From an uncultured Gammaproteobacteria bacterium (GTDB lineage: Bacteria > Pseudomonadota > Gammaproteobacteria > Xanthomonadales > SZUA-38): 45,259 bases of DNA. The stretch spans positions 1 to 45,259 of the forward strand of contig CAZVYE010000006.1 of NCBI GenBank assembly GCA_964630895.1, given 5' to 3'. Positions 8,844 through 20,577 of this stretch are shown piece by piece. The notes beneath the pieces were generated by a model. The model was not told the origin of the DNA, searched no databases, and saw only the letters and a program-made list of their open reading frames with translations. Position numbers and translations under genes: made by a program. Within the stretch, counting starts at the first letter, position 1. Each line of letters starts with the position of its first letter.

Positions 8844-8985
8844 TCTCCTATTGGGGCCGCGCTCTCTGACGCGGCGCGAAAAATCGAACGTCCATTCGAC
8901 TTGGGTTGATGTCGTCTATGGGGTCGGCCGTTCGCAGACCCCTGCGACCTACTTACACTAGTCATGGGCATTAGCCATGACGTTT

Positions 8986-10470
8986 TCAAATAATTCTCTT
9001 ACGTTTTGACGATGATGGGATACCTAAGTTCTCACGATACTTGGCAACCGTGCGTCTTGCCACATCTATGCCCTCTTTATTGAGGATGTTAGCTATTTTG
9101 CTGTCACTTAATGGCTTTTCTGGAGGCTCTTCGTCCAGCAGCTTTTTGATTTTGGCCTGGATTGCTGTGGCAGAGCATTCGCCACCGTCGCTGGTTCCAA
9201 CGTGGCTGGAAAAAAAGTACTTCAGTTCAAACACGCCTCTGGGCGTTAGCATGAACTTGCGATTGGTTACGCGAGAAACGGTGGACTCATGCATTTCAAT
9301 GGTTTCGGCTACTTCACGCAATATTAGCGGCTTCATGTGCTCTGGGCCGTGCTCAAAGAATTCGTGCTGAAATTTCACAATGGTGCTGGCCACTTTCAAC
9401 AACGTCTCATTACGTGTTTCCAAGCTCTTGATAAGCCAGCGGGCCTCCTGCAGCTGGCCACGCATGTAGCTCGCATCTTCAGACTTGGCCGTTGAAATCA
9501 TGTCCGCATAAACGTTGTTAATGGTGATTTTTGGCGACGTTGAGTCGTGCAAAGAAACTTGCCAAACGCCATCACGCTTTCGGACCACTACGTCGGGCTG
9601 CACGTATTCAGTGGTGCCGCTTGCTATGGAACTGCCGGGCCTTGGATCCAGGCTGCGGACCAAATCGATTGCGTCGCGAATCTTTGCTTCCGGGCATTTC
9701 AAAGATCGCTTTAGCTTCGCGATGTCTTGATTGCCCAGTGCCTCAAGGTGCTCTTGGATGATGGTCTTCGCTAGCGCTTTTGATTCGTCGGACTGATCAA
9801 CTGCCTGCAGTTGAATTAATAAGCACTCGTCAACGCCACGCGCGCCGCAGCCCAGCGGGTCCAGGTGTTGAATACGATGCAGCATGGCTTCCACTTCATC
9901 CAGTTCAAGCTCTACATCGGGGCCCAAATCTGCACAAAGTTCTGCGTGAATTTCTTCAATGCTGTCCTGCAAATAGCCGTGTTCGTTAATGGCGTCTATC
10001 AGGGCAAAGCCTATGGTCCGGTCGGTGTCAGATAGCGGGGTAAGGTGCAGTTGCCATAGCAGGTGGTCTTTTAAGTCTTCTTCGTCCGGGTCGGCCATTT
10101 CCTGGGTTCGGTCAAATCCATCGCTTGGCGCTTTGCCATTGACTGAACCCGTGCCAGCGCTATACATGGAGTCCCAATCTTCCACGTTCTCCAGATCGAC
10201 ACTGTCGTCGTTGGCCGCTTGGGATTCTTCCTTTTGATCCTTGGAAGGCTTGTCCTCTTTGTCGGACTTATCTTGATCGCCGTTGGGAGCAGCATCGACT
10301 TCCTGATGCGCGAGCTCCTCTTCCCGTTCTAGCAGGGGATTGCTTTCCAGCGCTTCGATTATCTGGGTTTCTAGTTCTTGCGCAGACAGCTGCAGCAGTT
10401 TGATCGCCTGCTGTAACTGCGGCGTCATTTTGAGCTGCTGACTTAATGTGAGCTGGAGCGATGCTTTCAC
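8986..10470 (-). CDS. rpoN: RNA polymerase sigma-54 factor
   Basis: QQLKMTPQLQQAIKLLQLS, MHESTVSR, ELKYFFS and the RpoN box ARRTVAKYRE; GTG start. Confidence 0.98.
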   Translation of the reverse strand: MKASLQLTLSQQLKMTPQLQQAIKLLQLSAQELETQIIEALESNPLLEREEELAHQEVDAAPNGDQDKSDKEDKPSKDQKEESQAANDDSVDLENVEDWDSMYSAGTGSVNGKAPSDGFDRTQEMADPDEEDLKDHLLWQLHLTPLSDTDRTIGFALIDAINEHGYLQDSIEEIHAELCADLGPDVELELDEVEAMLHRIQHLDPLGCGARGVDECLLIQLQAVDQSDESKALAKTIIQEHLEALGNQDIAKLKRSLKCPEAKIRDAIDLVRSLDPRPGSSIASGTTEYVQPDVVVRKRDGVWQVSLHDSTSPKITINNVYADMISTAKSEDASYMRGQLQEARWLIKSLETRNETLLKVASTIVKFQHEFFEHGPEHMKPLILREVAETIEMHESTVSRVTNRKFMLTPRGVFELKYFFSSHVGTSDGGECSATAIQAKIKKLLDEEPPEKPLSDSKIANILNKEGIDVARRTVAKYRENLGIPSSSKRKRII

Positions 10471-10665
10471 GGAAACAAAGACCCTCTAATGGACTTATCA
10501 TAGACCCGCAGGGCGGGCTTGCATAGTAAATTTAAACTAATTGTACGTTAGCAAAACTATGGAACATGATGCGTGCACAGCGCGCGTTTGCCATGCGCCG
10601 AAAGTATGCCGATGGATAAGTGAAAGGGGCCTAAAGTTTTAGTTAGCTCTGCAAAGCCTGCGAGG

Positions 10666-11385
10666 CTACATGCGAAAGTCGTCGCCCAGATACACTTTTC
10701 GCACTCGTTCGTCAGCAAGGATTTCTCCAGGTGCGCCGGCTTTTAAGATTTGCCCTTCTGCCAGAATATAGGCGTGGTCACATATCCCCAGGGTTTCGCG
10801 CACATTGTGGTCTGTGACCAAGACGCCGATGCCTCGGTCTTTGAGGTGAGTTACGATGCGCTGAATTTCCCCAACCGAGATCGGGTCGACGCCAGCAAAT
10901 GGCTCGTCGAGCAAGATAAAGCGTGGATTGGCAGCTAGAGCACGAGCAATCTCTACTCTGCGGCGTTCTCCGCCTGACAGGCTGATGCCTTTTTGATTGA
11001 TCAGGTGGCCCACCTGCAGTTCGTCAAGCAAGTGTTCTAACTCGGACAGGCGCTGTTGTCGATTTAAGTCTTTGCGCAGTTCCAAGACCGCTAAAATGTT
11101 GTCCCGTACCGACAGCTTTCTAAACACCGACGCTTCCTGGGGCAGGTAGCCAATGCCCAATCGTGCTCGAATATGCATGGGCTCGTTAGTGATGTCACGA
11201 CCATCGACTGCAATGGTGCCTTCGTCACAGGGCACCAAACCTACAATCATGTAGAAACACGTGGTCTTGCCCGCACCGTTGGGGCCCAGCAAACCGACCA
11301 CTTCCCCCTGCTCAACGGCAACCGTGCACTCGTCAATAACCTGGCGGCCTTTGTAGGCCTTGCTCAAGCCTTCGGCTTTTAGCAT
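10666..11385 (-). CDS. lptB: LPS export ABC transporter ATPase
   Basis: [56 protein letters not shown]. Confidence 0.97.
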   Translation of the reverse strand: MLKAEGLSKAYKGRQVIDECTVAVEQGEVVGLLGPNGAGKTTCFYMIVGLVPCDEGTIAVDGRDITNEPMHIRARLGIGYLPQEASVFRKLSVRDNILAVLELRKDLNRQQRLSELEHLLDELQVGHLINQKGISLSGGERRRVEIARALAANPRFILLDEPFAGVDPISVGEIQRIVTHLKDRGIGVLVTDHNVRETLGICDHAYILAEGQILKAGAPGEILADERVRKVYLGDDFRM

Positions 11386-11389
11386 CTGG

Positions 11390-11917
11390 CTAGCAGTCCT
11401 TTTCTGGGCTGTTACTTGCAGGGGCTGATTCGGAGGGCGGCGCTATACGCATGCTAACCCTGCCGTTTTCCCCGCCACCTCCAGAAAAGCTGCGCGCATT
11501 GAGATCGTAAATAATGGTATCTCCGGAATATTGATCCTGTCCTTTGTCGATAAGAACATTGCCCGCAAGACTGACCTTAGCCGAGGCCAAGTCATAGTTG
11601 ATCTCCCTGGCGTTAGCATCAACTCGCTCACAAGTGTCCATTACTTCTTGCCATCGAACTGGGGAGCCTGTGAGTTCAATTTTGCCAATGCCGGCTGCAC
11701 CACCACCACGATGAACTACAGCTTTTTGCGCCTCGATATGGAGTGAGCCTTGATCAATCACAACATTTCCTGTGCAAATGGTTGTGTTACCTGCGGTTTC
11801 CCAATGATCGCATGCAATATTGGCCGGTAAGCTGCGATCGGTGCTTTTAGCCAGGGCTGATTGCGAGGCAAGTGCCGACGCAAGTAAAACAAAAATAATC
11901 GAGGCTTTAGGGTGCAT
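11390..11917 (-). CDS. lptA: LPS transport periplasmic protein LptA
   Basis: Signal peptide; [36 protein letters not shown]; lies between lptC and lptB. Confidence 0.88.
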   Translation of the reverse strand: MHPKASIIFVLLASALASQSALAKSTDRSLPANIACDHWETAGNTTICTGNVVIDQGSLHIEAQKAVVHRGGGAAGIGKIELTGSPVRWQEVMDTCERVDANAREINYDLASAKVSLAGNVLIDKGQDQYSGDTIIYDLNARSFSGGGGENGRVSMRIAPPSESAPASNSPEKDC

Positions 11918-12476
11918 AAACGGCTTGAACCTGTTTCAAAATTTCGTAGTGTTGGCTAGTCAGATCGGCTTGTAGTCCAATTCCGGCCACTTTTAGTCCA
12001 GTCTGCTCCATGCGCACTGGAGACGGTGTTTGAGCAGTTTTTAAATCTGGATCGAGTAGCATGTGATTCGCATAAAAACTACGAGGGCGGACCGAGCCCT
12101 GTTCAATAAGTTCCACGTTTTGCGCTAATTCTACCGCAGATCCATTGCGTGCGATGCGGCCAGCCTGCGCGGACAAATGCCAAATTGGTTGGCCTTGTTC
12201 ATACATGATCACATCGGGTTGTTGTAGCGTCAGATCTTCGGTTTGTGGAATTTGTTCTAAGTATGGCGCGCTAATTTCAAATTGAACCAGTCCATCTTCT
12301 CCAATGATAGAGAGGTCCAGGTCATTTACGCTGTAATCACTGCGTGCCTGGGGCAAGGTTTCATCACGCGCATTTTCGGTCTTTGATTGTAGCAAGAAGC
12401 GCACGCCAGCCACCGTGGCGATCAGGCAAATAATCGCAAGCCATTGGCCCGCTGAGATAAAGCGATGACTGGCCAC
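11907..12476 (-). CDS. lptC: LPS export periplasmic protein LptC
   Basis: Single N-terminal TM followed by RSDY and a beta-jellyroll-like region (W.LSAQAG, T.SPV, GIGL.ADL); syntenic position. Confidence 0.85.
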   Translation of the reverse strand: MASHRFISAGQWLAIICLIATVAGVRFLLQSKTENARDETLPQARSDYSVNDLDLSIIGEDGLVQFEISAPYLEQIPQTEDLTLQQPDVIMYEQGQPIWHLSAQAGRIARNGSAVELAQNVELIEQGSVRPRSFYANHMLLDPDLKTAQTPSPVRMEQTGLKVAGIGLQADLTSQHYEILKQVQAVYAP

Positions 12477-12484
12477 AGTAGCGT

Positions 12485-13009
12485 CTAACCACTAACCCCA
12501 ATAGGACCAACGCACTGGCCGCGAGATTCAAGCAGCAAATCACAAACATCTCGCGCGGCGCCAAATCCGCCAGCTCGTGGCGTTTCCCAGTGGGATTTTG
12601 ATTTGACGTGTGGGTGTGCGTTGGGGACGCAAATAGCCAGACCTACTTGTTCCATTACCGGGAGATCAATGACATCGTCACCGGCATAGCAAACTTGATC
12701 GTCAGACAGTTGCAATTTCTCTCGCAGCTCGGCATATGCTGCAAGCTTATCGTCCCGCCCCTGGTAAACATGCTCAATACCCAGCTCCTGCATACGTCGT
12801 GCAACAATTTGGGATGAGCGCCCCGTAATGATGGCAATTTGTACGCCGTGCTTTTGCAGGTGTTTCATGCCCAGACCATCCTGGGCATAAAAGGCTTTAA
12901 TCTCATCACCATTCTCGGTGAACATCAGTTGCCCAGTGGTCAGTACGCCATCTACGTCAAAGATGACCAGCGCAATTTGTTGCGCACGAGCGCGTAACTG
13001 ATCGTTCAT
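12485..13009 (-). CDS. kdsC: 3-deoxy-D-manno-octulosonate 8-phosphate phosphatase (HAD)
   Basis: FDVDGVLT, AIITGRSS, YAGDDVIDLP, GGFGAARDVCD; start corrected to ATG 13009. Confidence 0.95.
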   Translation of the reverse strand: MNDQLRARAQQIALVIFDVDGVLTTGQLMFTENGDEIKAFYAQDGLGMKHLQKHGVQIAIITGRSSQIVARRMQELGIEHVYQGRDDKLAAYAELREKLQLSDDQVCYAGDDVIDLPVMEQVGLAICVPNAHPHVKSKSHWETPRAGGFGAARDVCDLLLESRGQCVGPIGVSG

Positions 13010-13010
13010 A

Positions 13011-14036
13011 TCAAACGACACCCGAACGCAGCAGGTCGTGAATGTTGAATGCCCCCACAACCTTTTGGTCGTCTGCAACAACTAGCAGGGCATGAATCTT
13101 ATAATCTTCCATTAGGCTAGCCGCCTCCACTGCCAGTGCGTCCGGACCGATGGTTTTGCTGTTACGGGTCATGACTTCGCTAACTTCCGTATTGGCAAAA
13201 TGTGTCCCGGCGTCCAATGTCCGGCGCAAGTCACCATCGGTAAATACGCCAAGGAGCCGGTTCTCTGCGTCCACGACGGCAGTCATGCCAAGTCCCTTCT
13301 GGGTCATCTCAACCAGCACTTTGTCCAGTGTGTCCTTAGGTCCAACCTGGGGAATCTGAGCTCCGGTATGCATGATGTCACTGATGTGCATCAGTAGCCG
13401 ACGTCCCAACTGGCCGGCGGGGTGGGATCGAGCAAAATCTTCTTCGGTAAAGCCTCGAGCCTGCAGTAGTGAAATAGCCAGTGCGTCGCCCATGACCAGA
13501 GCGGCAGTGGTGCTGGCCGTCGGTGCCAAATCTAACGGGCAGGCTTCTTTCTCTACGCTGACATCAATGTGTGCGGTGGCGTTGCGGGCCAAAGTTGAGT
13601 TGGGTTTGCCGGTTAGCGCAATTAGCGGTACACCAAGCCGCTTTATAACCGGTAAAATCGTCAAGAGCTCTTCGGTTTCGCCAGAATTGGATAACGCCAA
13701 TACCACGTCCTTGGGTGTGATCATACCCAGGTCGCCGTGACTCGCTTCGCCGGGATGAACGAAAAAAGCAGGCGTGCCGGTGCTGGCCAAGGTCGCCGCG
13801 ATCTTGGAACCGACATGCCCAGACTTACCCATGCCAACCACAACGATACGCCCCTCGCACGCGATCATGAGCTGGCAAGCTTTTACAAAGGTGTCATCAA
13901 TACGCGCATTCAGCGCGTCTACGGCGGTTCTTTCGATATCAACGACGGCGCGAGCTAACTCGATTACCTTTTCCGAGTCCAGCGCCGGACTGGCTTTGGG
14001 GTGGTGGTTAAACAATGTGGACTCTTGTGCGCTCAT
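13011..14036 (-). CDS. kdsD: Arabinose 5-phosphate isomerase (KpsF/GutQ family)
   Basis: GMGKSGH, STGTPAFFVHPGEASHGDLG, EACPLDLAPTASTT and two CBS domains; start corrected to ATG 14036. Confidence 0.96.
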   Translation of the reverse strand: MSAQESTLFNHHPKASPALDSEKVIELARAVVDIERTAVDALNARIDDTFVKACQLMIACEGRIVVVGMGKSGHVGSKIAATLASTGTPAFFVHPGEASHGDLGMITPKDVVLALSNSGETEELLTILPVIKRLGVPLIALTGKPNSTLARNATAHIDVSVEKEACPLDLAPTASTTAALVMGDALAISLLQARGFTEEDFARSHPAGQLGRRLLMHISDIMHTGAQIPQVGPKDTLDKVLVEMTQKGLGMTAVVDAENRLLGVFTDGDLRRTLDAGTHFANTEVSEVMTRNSKTIGPDALAVEAASLMEDYKIHALLVVADDQKVVGAFNIHDLLRSGVV

Positions 14037-14109
14037 GTAGTTTTGGTCTCTTGGGCATTTACGTGTTGCTGAGATTGTATAGCAGGTTGCTGCAGGAAAA
14101 CTGAATATT

Positions 14110-15090
14110 CTAGCCGTGTCCGCGCGCCGTGCTGAATACCAGTATCTGATAGCCGACAAAAATAGTCAGAAGTAGGGCACCTTCCCAGCGTTTTATCCTG
14201 CTTGGGCCTCTAAATCCATAGGCCAGCAGGAACAGCAAAATGGTGAGGCCGCCCATGGTGGCGTAGTCCCGATACAGCACCAGGCTGTCTACTCGAGTAG
14301 GCGTAATAATGGATGCAATCCCCAGAACGCCCAACAAATTAAACATATTGGATCCGATGATATTGCCAATCACCAGTTCATGTTCTCGTTTCAGTACGCT
14401 GGCAATTGCCGCAGCAAGTTCCGGCAGGCTGGTGCCAATGGCAACAATGGTCAAGCCAATAACCAAATCCGGAACGCCCAAGAACTCTGCTATGTCTACA
14501 GCGCCCATTACCAGCAGCCTGGAACTTACTGGAAGCACAATCATGCCAATAACCAGCCACGCAAGCGCAACGGCAGTGGACATGTCTGTTGGGATTTCGG
14601 AAGCAAATTCGGCTGCCATTGGGTCGGGCTCCGCTCGCTGCATGCCCAGCCAAGCCATCCAGGTGGTCATTCCAATTAGCCCGAGCAGCAATATTATCCC
14701 GTCCAGAAATAATAGCTTTCCATCCAGCATAAACAGCAATGTGGCGCCGGTGACAACCATCAGGATGGGAAACTCTCGCTTTAATGTGCCTGAGTGGATT
14801 TGCAGAGGGTAGATGAGGGCGGCAACGCCAAGAATCAGGGCAATGTTGGCAATGTTGGACCCAATGGCGTTACCAACGGCCAGACCCGGATTGCCTTGCA
14901 AAGATGCGACGCCAGATACGACCATCTCTGGGGCACTGGTACCAAAACCTACCACCGTGAGGCCGATGATCATGGGCGATACGCCAAAGTTCCTGGCAGT
15001 CGCCGACGCACCAGCCACAAATCGGTCCGCACCCCAAACCAGGAATACGAACCCAAATACTACATAGCAACTGGCGATCAGTAAGGTCAT
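14110..15090 (-). CDS. yrbG: Calcium/sodium:proton antiporter (YrbG family)
   Basis: Two alpha repeats, GTSAPE...GNAIGSN and GTSLPE...GNIIGSN; about 10 TM segments. Confidence 0.93.
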   Translation of the reverse strand: MTLLIASCYVVFGFVFLVWGADRFVAGASATARNFGVSPMIIGLTVVGFGTSAPEMVVSGVASLQGNPGLAVGNAIGSNIANIALILGVAALIYPLQIHSGTLKREFPILMVVTGATLLFMLDGKLLFLDGIILLLGLIGMTTWMAWLGMQRAEPDPMAAEFASEIPTDMSTAVALAWLVIGMIVLPVSSRLLVMGAVDIAEFLGVPDLVIGLTIVAIGTSLPELAAAIASVLKREHELVIGNIIGSNMFNLLGVLGIASIITPTRVDSLVLYRDYATMGGLTILLFLLAYGFRGPSRIKRWEGALLLTIFVGYQILVFSTARGHG

Positions 15091-15439
15091 TTACACTCGT
15101 TCTCTTTTGTTCACGCACATCACCGGCGCATCGGCGCACATTGCGCAGGCCGATAAGCATGCATCAACAGAGGCAAATATTGAGTCAATCCCACAACTGC
15201 AACGTCTTATCGTCTGACGTTTTATTGCCGCGGACCCGTCAAAACAGACTAATTTGACATTTATTTCGGGCAATTCCAAGTATCTTTTTTGCTCAAACTT
15301 CTTCGTACGACTGTTTCCACAATACGAACCGTGCGATTATTCCAAACTTTTTCGAACATTGGCTGTGCCAAATGGCCCGTTCAATGTCAGAAAACTGACA
15401 TATTTGAGCGCGGAATCGGTCACAGCCCAAAGGCAATAT

Positions 15440-15685
15440 ATGGACGCACATACAATTCAAAGCATGATTCAAGCCGGTATGCCTGACGCTATAGTTCAGG
15501 TTGATGGGGACGATGGCGTGCATTTCTCGGCAGTAGTTATTAGCGACGAATTCGAGGGAAAGCGAAAACTCGCTCGGCATCGCGCTGTCTATGCGACCCT
15601 GGGCGACGCCATGGGTGGCGACATTCATGCATTGGCACTCACCACAGTAACCCCTGCAGAATGGGAAGAGCGTAAGGCACAATAA
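15440..15685 (+). CDS. BolA/IbaG family protein
   Basis: GDDGVHFSAVVISDEFEGK..LARHRAVY, IHALAL.T.TP.EW; directly upstream of murA; start corrected to ATG 15440. Confidence 0.92.
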   Translation: MDAHTIQSMIQAGMPDAIVQVDGDDGVHFSAVVISDEFEGKRKLARHRAVYATLGDAMGGDIHALALTTVTPAEWEERKAQ

Positions 15686-16957
<1,272 letters not shown>

Positions 16958-16965
16958 CGTTCAGG

Positions 16966-17688
16966 CTAATGACATTGGCGCTGCTCATACCGCTTCAGGG
17001 TGAGCAGTAGTTTGCGGCCGTCCTCCTGGCTCGCGATGGTGGTGGCAACGCCTTGGCGAGACAAGTCATGTGTTGACCTGGTACTAAGCGCCTTGTCTAG
17101 TCGTCGTTGAACGATCTGTACCGTATTGTCGCTTCCAGCCCCGCCATCCGTGAAAACCATTTCCACCGGCCTGGCGCGGCCACGATTGATCACACGGTAG
17201 TTTGCCGAAGCTGTGTGGTCGCTTTTTGCAAACTGCATGGCGGTGAGGATCAGACCCAGAGGATCTATTTGGTCGCTTCCAACAGGTAACTCCCAGGATT
17301 TACCATCTTTACGTCCAGAAACCCTATCCTTGCTGAAATTCACAGAACTCTTTTTTTCTTTCAGCAAATAGGACTTCTCTTCGTCGAAATGAATCGGAGC
17401 GATGCGATTGTTGTGCCAGCGAAACCTGTTCGACTGCACATGACGATAGCCCACCAGGCTTGCCAGACCTTTGGTCGCCTCTAAGTCAAATTCGGCGAAT
17501 TGTTCTGCACCGCGAGATGCAAGCTCAAGCCGAGCCTGTCCGACCTGGTCGCCATCTATCGCCACCGTGTATTCAGCCACGAAGGGCGCGATAGGTTCTA
17601 GACACTTAGATTGGCGCGCCAGCCCGTTACTGGGTCCGAGTTGCGCTAAGCTGGTCAGCAGAATAAACAAGAATATCTTTAGTGGCAT
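16966..17688 (-). CDS. Exported protein, probably DUF3108 family
   Basis: Signal peptide after MPLKIF; PF.AEY, AT.GLA.L.G, DPL.L pattern; position downstream of purN. Confidence 0.65.
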   Translation of the reverse strand: MPLKIFLFILLTSLAQLGPSNGLARQSKCLEPIAPFVAEYTVAIDGDQVGQARLELASRGAEQFAEFDLEATKGLASLVGYRHVQSNRFRWHNNRIAPIHFDEEKSYLLKEKKSSVNFSKDRVSGRKDGKSWELPVGSDQIDPLGLILTAMQFAKSDHTASANYRVINRGRARPVEMVFTDGGAGSDNTVQIVQRRLDKALSTRSTHDLSRQGVATTIASQEDGRKLLLTLKRYEQRQCH

Positions 17689-18274
17689 GATCTGATGATT
17701 TTGTGTCGTCAGGCAGTTGGAGGGTGCCATCGCCCAATTGGTTCACTGTTGTAACCAATAATCTGTGTTCTAACGGCAATAATCGCTCTGCCAGAGACTG
17801 AGCAGTATCGTCCGGCAGTATGGGAATTACGACTTGAGCGATGGACTGACCGGCGTCCAATTCGTTGGACACCCAGTGTACGGTCGCGCCATGCTGGGTG
17901 TCCGAACTTGCCAGGGCTCGGTTGTGGGTATCCAAACCGCGGTACTTGGGCAGCAGTGAAGGATGGATGTTGAGCATTCTTCCTACATAGCGTTCTACAA
18001 ACCAGCGGCTCAAGATGCGCATGAAACCCGCTAAGACAATTAAATCTGGCTGCAGCGCATCAATGCGTGCTGATAATTCGCGATCAAACGCTTCTCTATC
18101 TGAAAATTGCCGATGATCGACTACAACGCATGGAATTTCGTGTGCCTTCGCTACGTTAATGCCATGAGCTTGGGGACGGTTGGTCAGTGCCCCAACGATT
18201 TCGAATGTTTGCTGATTTTCGGCCAGTGCCGCCAGGTTCGTGCCGCGGCCAGAAAAAAGCACCACAACCCGCAT
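17627..18274 (-). CDS. purN: Phosphoribosylglycinamide formyltransferase
   Basis: FSGRGTNL, LAGFMRIL, NIHPSLLPKYRGL, GATVHWV..ELDAG. Confidence 0.96.
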   Translation of the reverse strand: MRVVVLFSGRGTNLAALAENQQTFEIVGALTNRPQAHGINVAKAHEIPCVVVDHRQFSDREAFDRELSARIDALQPDLIVLAGFMRILSRWFVERYVGRMLNIHPSLLPKYRGLDTHNRALASSDTQHGATVHWVSNELDAGQSIAQVVIPILPDDTAQSLAERLLPLEHRLLVTTVNQLGDGTLQLPDDTKSSDHATKDILVYSADQLSATRTQ

Positions 18275-18277
18275 GAG

Positions 18278-19333
18278 CTATAGCGATTCCAGATTGTGAA
18301 ATTGTACTGCTTCGGCGTCTCCGCTGGGCTCGGTTATATTTCCAATCTTGCTGGCAGCGATGCCATCGGCAGACAGTTGCGCCACGATGTCCGCGACGTC
18401 AGATTCGGGTGCAATAACAGTGAAACCGATGCCGCAATTAAAGGTGGTTAGCATCTCCAATGGTTCCACATTACCGTGCTCTGCGAGCCAGCGGAAAATC
18501 GCAGGGGTGGACCAGCTAGCGCAATCTATCTCAACGCCCAACCCTTTCGGTACGACCCGAATAATGTTTTCCTTGAGCCCACCGCCAGTGATGTGTGCCA
18601 GACCGTGAATACTCTGAGATTCCAGCAGCCGCAGGATGGCTTTGACATAGATTCGTGTGGGCGCCAGAAGGGCAGTACCTAAGGTGGTTTGCTCGAAGGG
18701 TGCGCTTAGATCGGCATTACTACGCTCAATGATCTTTCGAATCAGTGAATACCCATTGGAGTGGGGCCCGGAGGATGCCAGGCCAATGATTGCATCTCCA
18801 GCATTGATGCCACTGCCGTCCACTAGCTTGGATCGATCGACAACACCCACATTAAACCCAGCCAGATCGTACTCGCCGTCTGCGTACATATCCGGCATTT
18901 CAGCCGTTTCACCCCCGATCAAGGCGCAACCTGCGTCCTTACAACCTTTGGCGATGCCGCTGATTACTGCTGCAGCCTGCTCCTCGTCCAGTTTGCCGCA
19001 GGCAAAGTAGTCCAGAAAAAACAGTGGCTCGGCACCTTGAACTACTACATCGTTTACACACATGGCAACTAAATCCATGCCGATGGTGTCGTGACACTGC
19101 ATCTGCTGAGCAAGCTTAAGCTTGGTGCCAACGCCATCGGTACCGGAGACTAATACGGGTTCGTCGTATTTCGACGTATCCAGACCGAACAGGCCACCGA
19201 ACCCGCCAAGACCGGTCAACACCTCTTTGCGCAGGGTTTGCTGCACCATCGGCTTGATACGTTCGACCAGGCGGTTGCCTGCTTCGATGTCTACGCCTGC
19301 CTGTTTGTAGCTGAGCGAATCAGAATTACTCAA
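18278..19333 (-). CDS. purM: Phosphoribosylformylglycinamidine cyclo-ligase (AIR synthetase)
   Basis: [48 protein letters not shown]; likely TTG start at 19333 behind CAGGAG. Confidence 0.97.
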   Translation of the reverse strand: MSNSDSLSYKQAGVDIEAGNRLVERIKPMVQQTLRKEVLTGLGGFGGLFGLDTSKYDEPVLVSGTDGVGTKLKLAQQMQCHDTIGMDLVAMCVNDVVVQGAEPLFFLDYFACGKLDEEQAAAVISGIAKGCKDAGCALIGGETAEMPDMYADGEYDLAGFNVGVVDRSKLVDGSGINAGDAIIGLASSGPHSNGYSLIRKIIERSNADLSAPFEQTTLGTALLAPTRIYVKAILRLLESQSIHGLAHITGGGLKENIIRVVPKGLGVEIDCASWSTPAIFRWLAEHGNVEPLEMLTTFNCGIGFTVIAPESDVADIVAQLSADGIAASKIGNITEPSGDAEAVQFHNLESL

Positions 19334-19506
19334 GTAAGGCTCCTGTTTGCCTGATAATATCCACTGTTTGCACACGCACACCTGCTATATCATTCACCCT
19401 AGGAATGGGACGCGCAGTAGCGGTTGCGAAGGGCCGTTATGGTAACTTAAGCGGCGTTTCCGAGAAACCTTGAGATTGCCACAAATTCAGCGAGGATGAT
19501 TTAGGA

Positions 19507-20574
19507 ATGTCACGAATATGTGTTTGGTTCGGATTGTTGGTTTTGATCCTGACTTGGGTAGGCGAAACAGCGGCCGAACGAGTGGATCCTTTTGTGGCAA
19601 GTGTTCCTATTAGTGATCGCACAGAATCGGCCCGTCTGGCGGGGTTTTCAAGAGCTCTGGAGCAGGTGCTTATTAAGGCGTCAGGTGACCCAGCGGCAGT
19701 CCGCAGCAGTGGCATAGATTTTGGGCAGGCACGCGAATCGGTTCTTCAGTTCAGCTATACCAGCCTGCCAGATCCGGGTGATCCAGAGTCCGAGCAGCTT
19801 CGGTTAGAGACGCGATTTGATCCAAATGCCGTTAATCGACTGATGCAGCAAGCGGCGCTCCCTGTCTGGCCCTTGGAACGGCCCACCACCATTATCTGGG
19901 TAGTGGTTAACGACACGGGTCAGCGACGTCTGCTAAGTCAGCGCAACGACGATAGACTCCTGGCCGAGGCCTTGCAGCAAGTAGCCAAAGACAGAGGAGT
20001 GCCAATTGTTCTTCCGCTGTTGGATTTGTCTGACCAGCAGGCGGTAGATATCGCTGATATCTGGGGCGGATTTCCAGAACAGCTACAGCAAGCGTCTGCG
20101 CGTTACGGCGCGAACGCAGTAGTCACGTTGCGCGTCGATGGCACGTCTAATGTATGGCGAACTCGTTGGGCACTGGACGGTGCAGGCCAGTCAGGTCGCT
20201 GGTCTACCGAAGACGAATCCTTGTTAACCGCGGTGCGCCAGGGCATGGATCGCTTTGCTGGAGAGTTGGCAGCAAATCAGCGCGTAGTGTCGCGTCCGTC
20301 CACTGACAATTCAGGCGAGCTGCGCTTACGTATCTATGGCATTGATTCTGTAACTGCATATGCGCAAGTTCAGAATTATCTCCAGGGGCTTTCCGTGGTG
20401 AAATCGGCAACGCTATCCGAAGCGCAGGGCGAAGTAGCTGACTTTGTGGTAAGCGGTGTTCAAAGTACTGAAGCCCTGACTCAGGTAATTTCTTTGGACG
20501 ATATACTGGTGGCCTATTCTGATCCGATCCAAAACCGCTTAGAATCTAGACTTTCATATCGCTACAACAGGTAA
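19507..20574 (+). CDS. DUF2066 family exported protein
   Basis: Signal peptide; AL.QVLIK.SG, RFDP.AV, W..ERP...W, RG.P..LPL.DL.D, ASARYGA; divergent from purM as in many Gammaproteobacteria. Confidence 0.85.
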   Translation: MSRICVWFGLLVLILTWVGETAAERVDPFVASVPISDRTESARLAGFSRALEQVLIKASGDPAAVRSSGIDFGQARESVLQFSYTSLPDPGDPESEQLRLETRFDPNAVNRLMQQAALPVWPLERPTTIIWVVVNDTGQRRLLSQRNDDRLLAEALQQVAKDRGVPIVLPLLDLSDQQAVDIADIWGGFPEQLQQASARYGANAVVTLRVDGTSNVWRTRWALDGAGQSGRWSTEDESLLTAVRQGMDRFAGELAANQRVVSRPSTDNSGELRLRIYGIDSVTAYAQVQNYLQGLSVVKSATLSEAQGEVADFVVSGVQSTEALTQVISLDDILVAYSDPIQNRLESRLSYRYNR

Positions 20575-20577
20575 ATC

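Noticed and set aside
10597-10612. GG-N10-GC spacing (CGGCATACTTTCGGC, minus strand) upstream of rpoN as a possible sigma54 site
   Set aside because: Lacks the TTGC -12 element; too weak to call.
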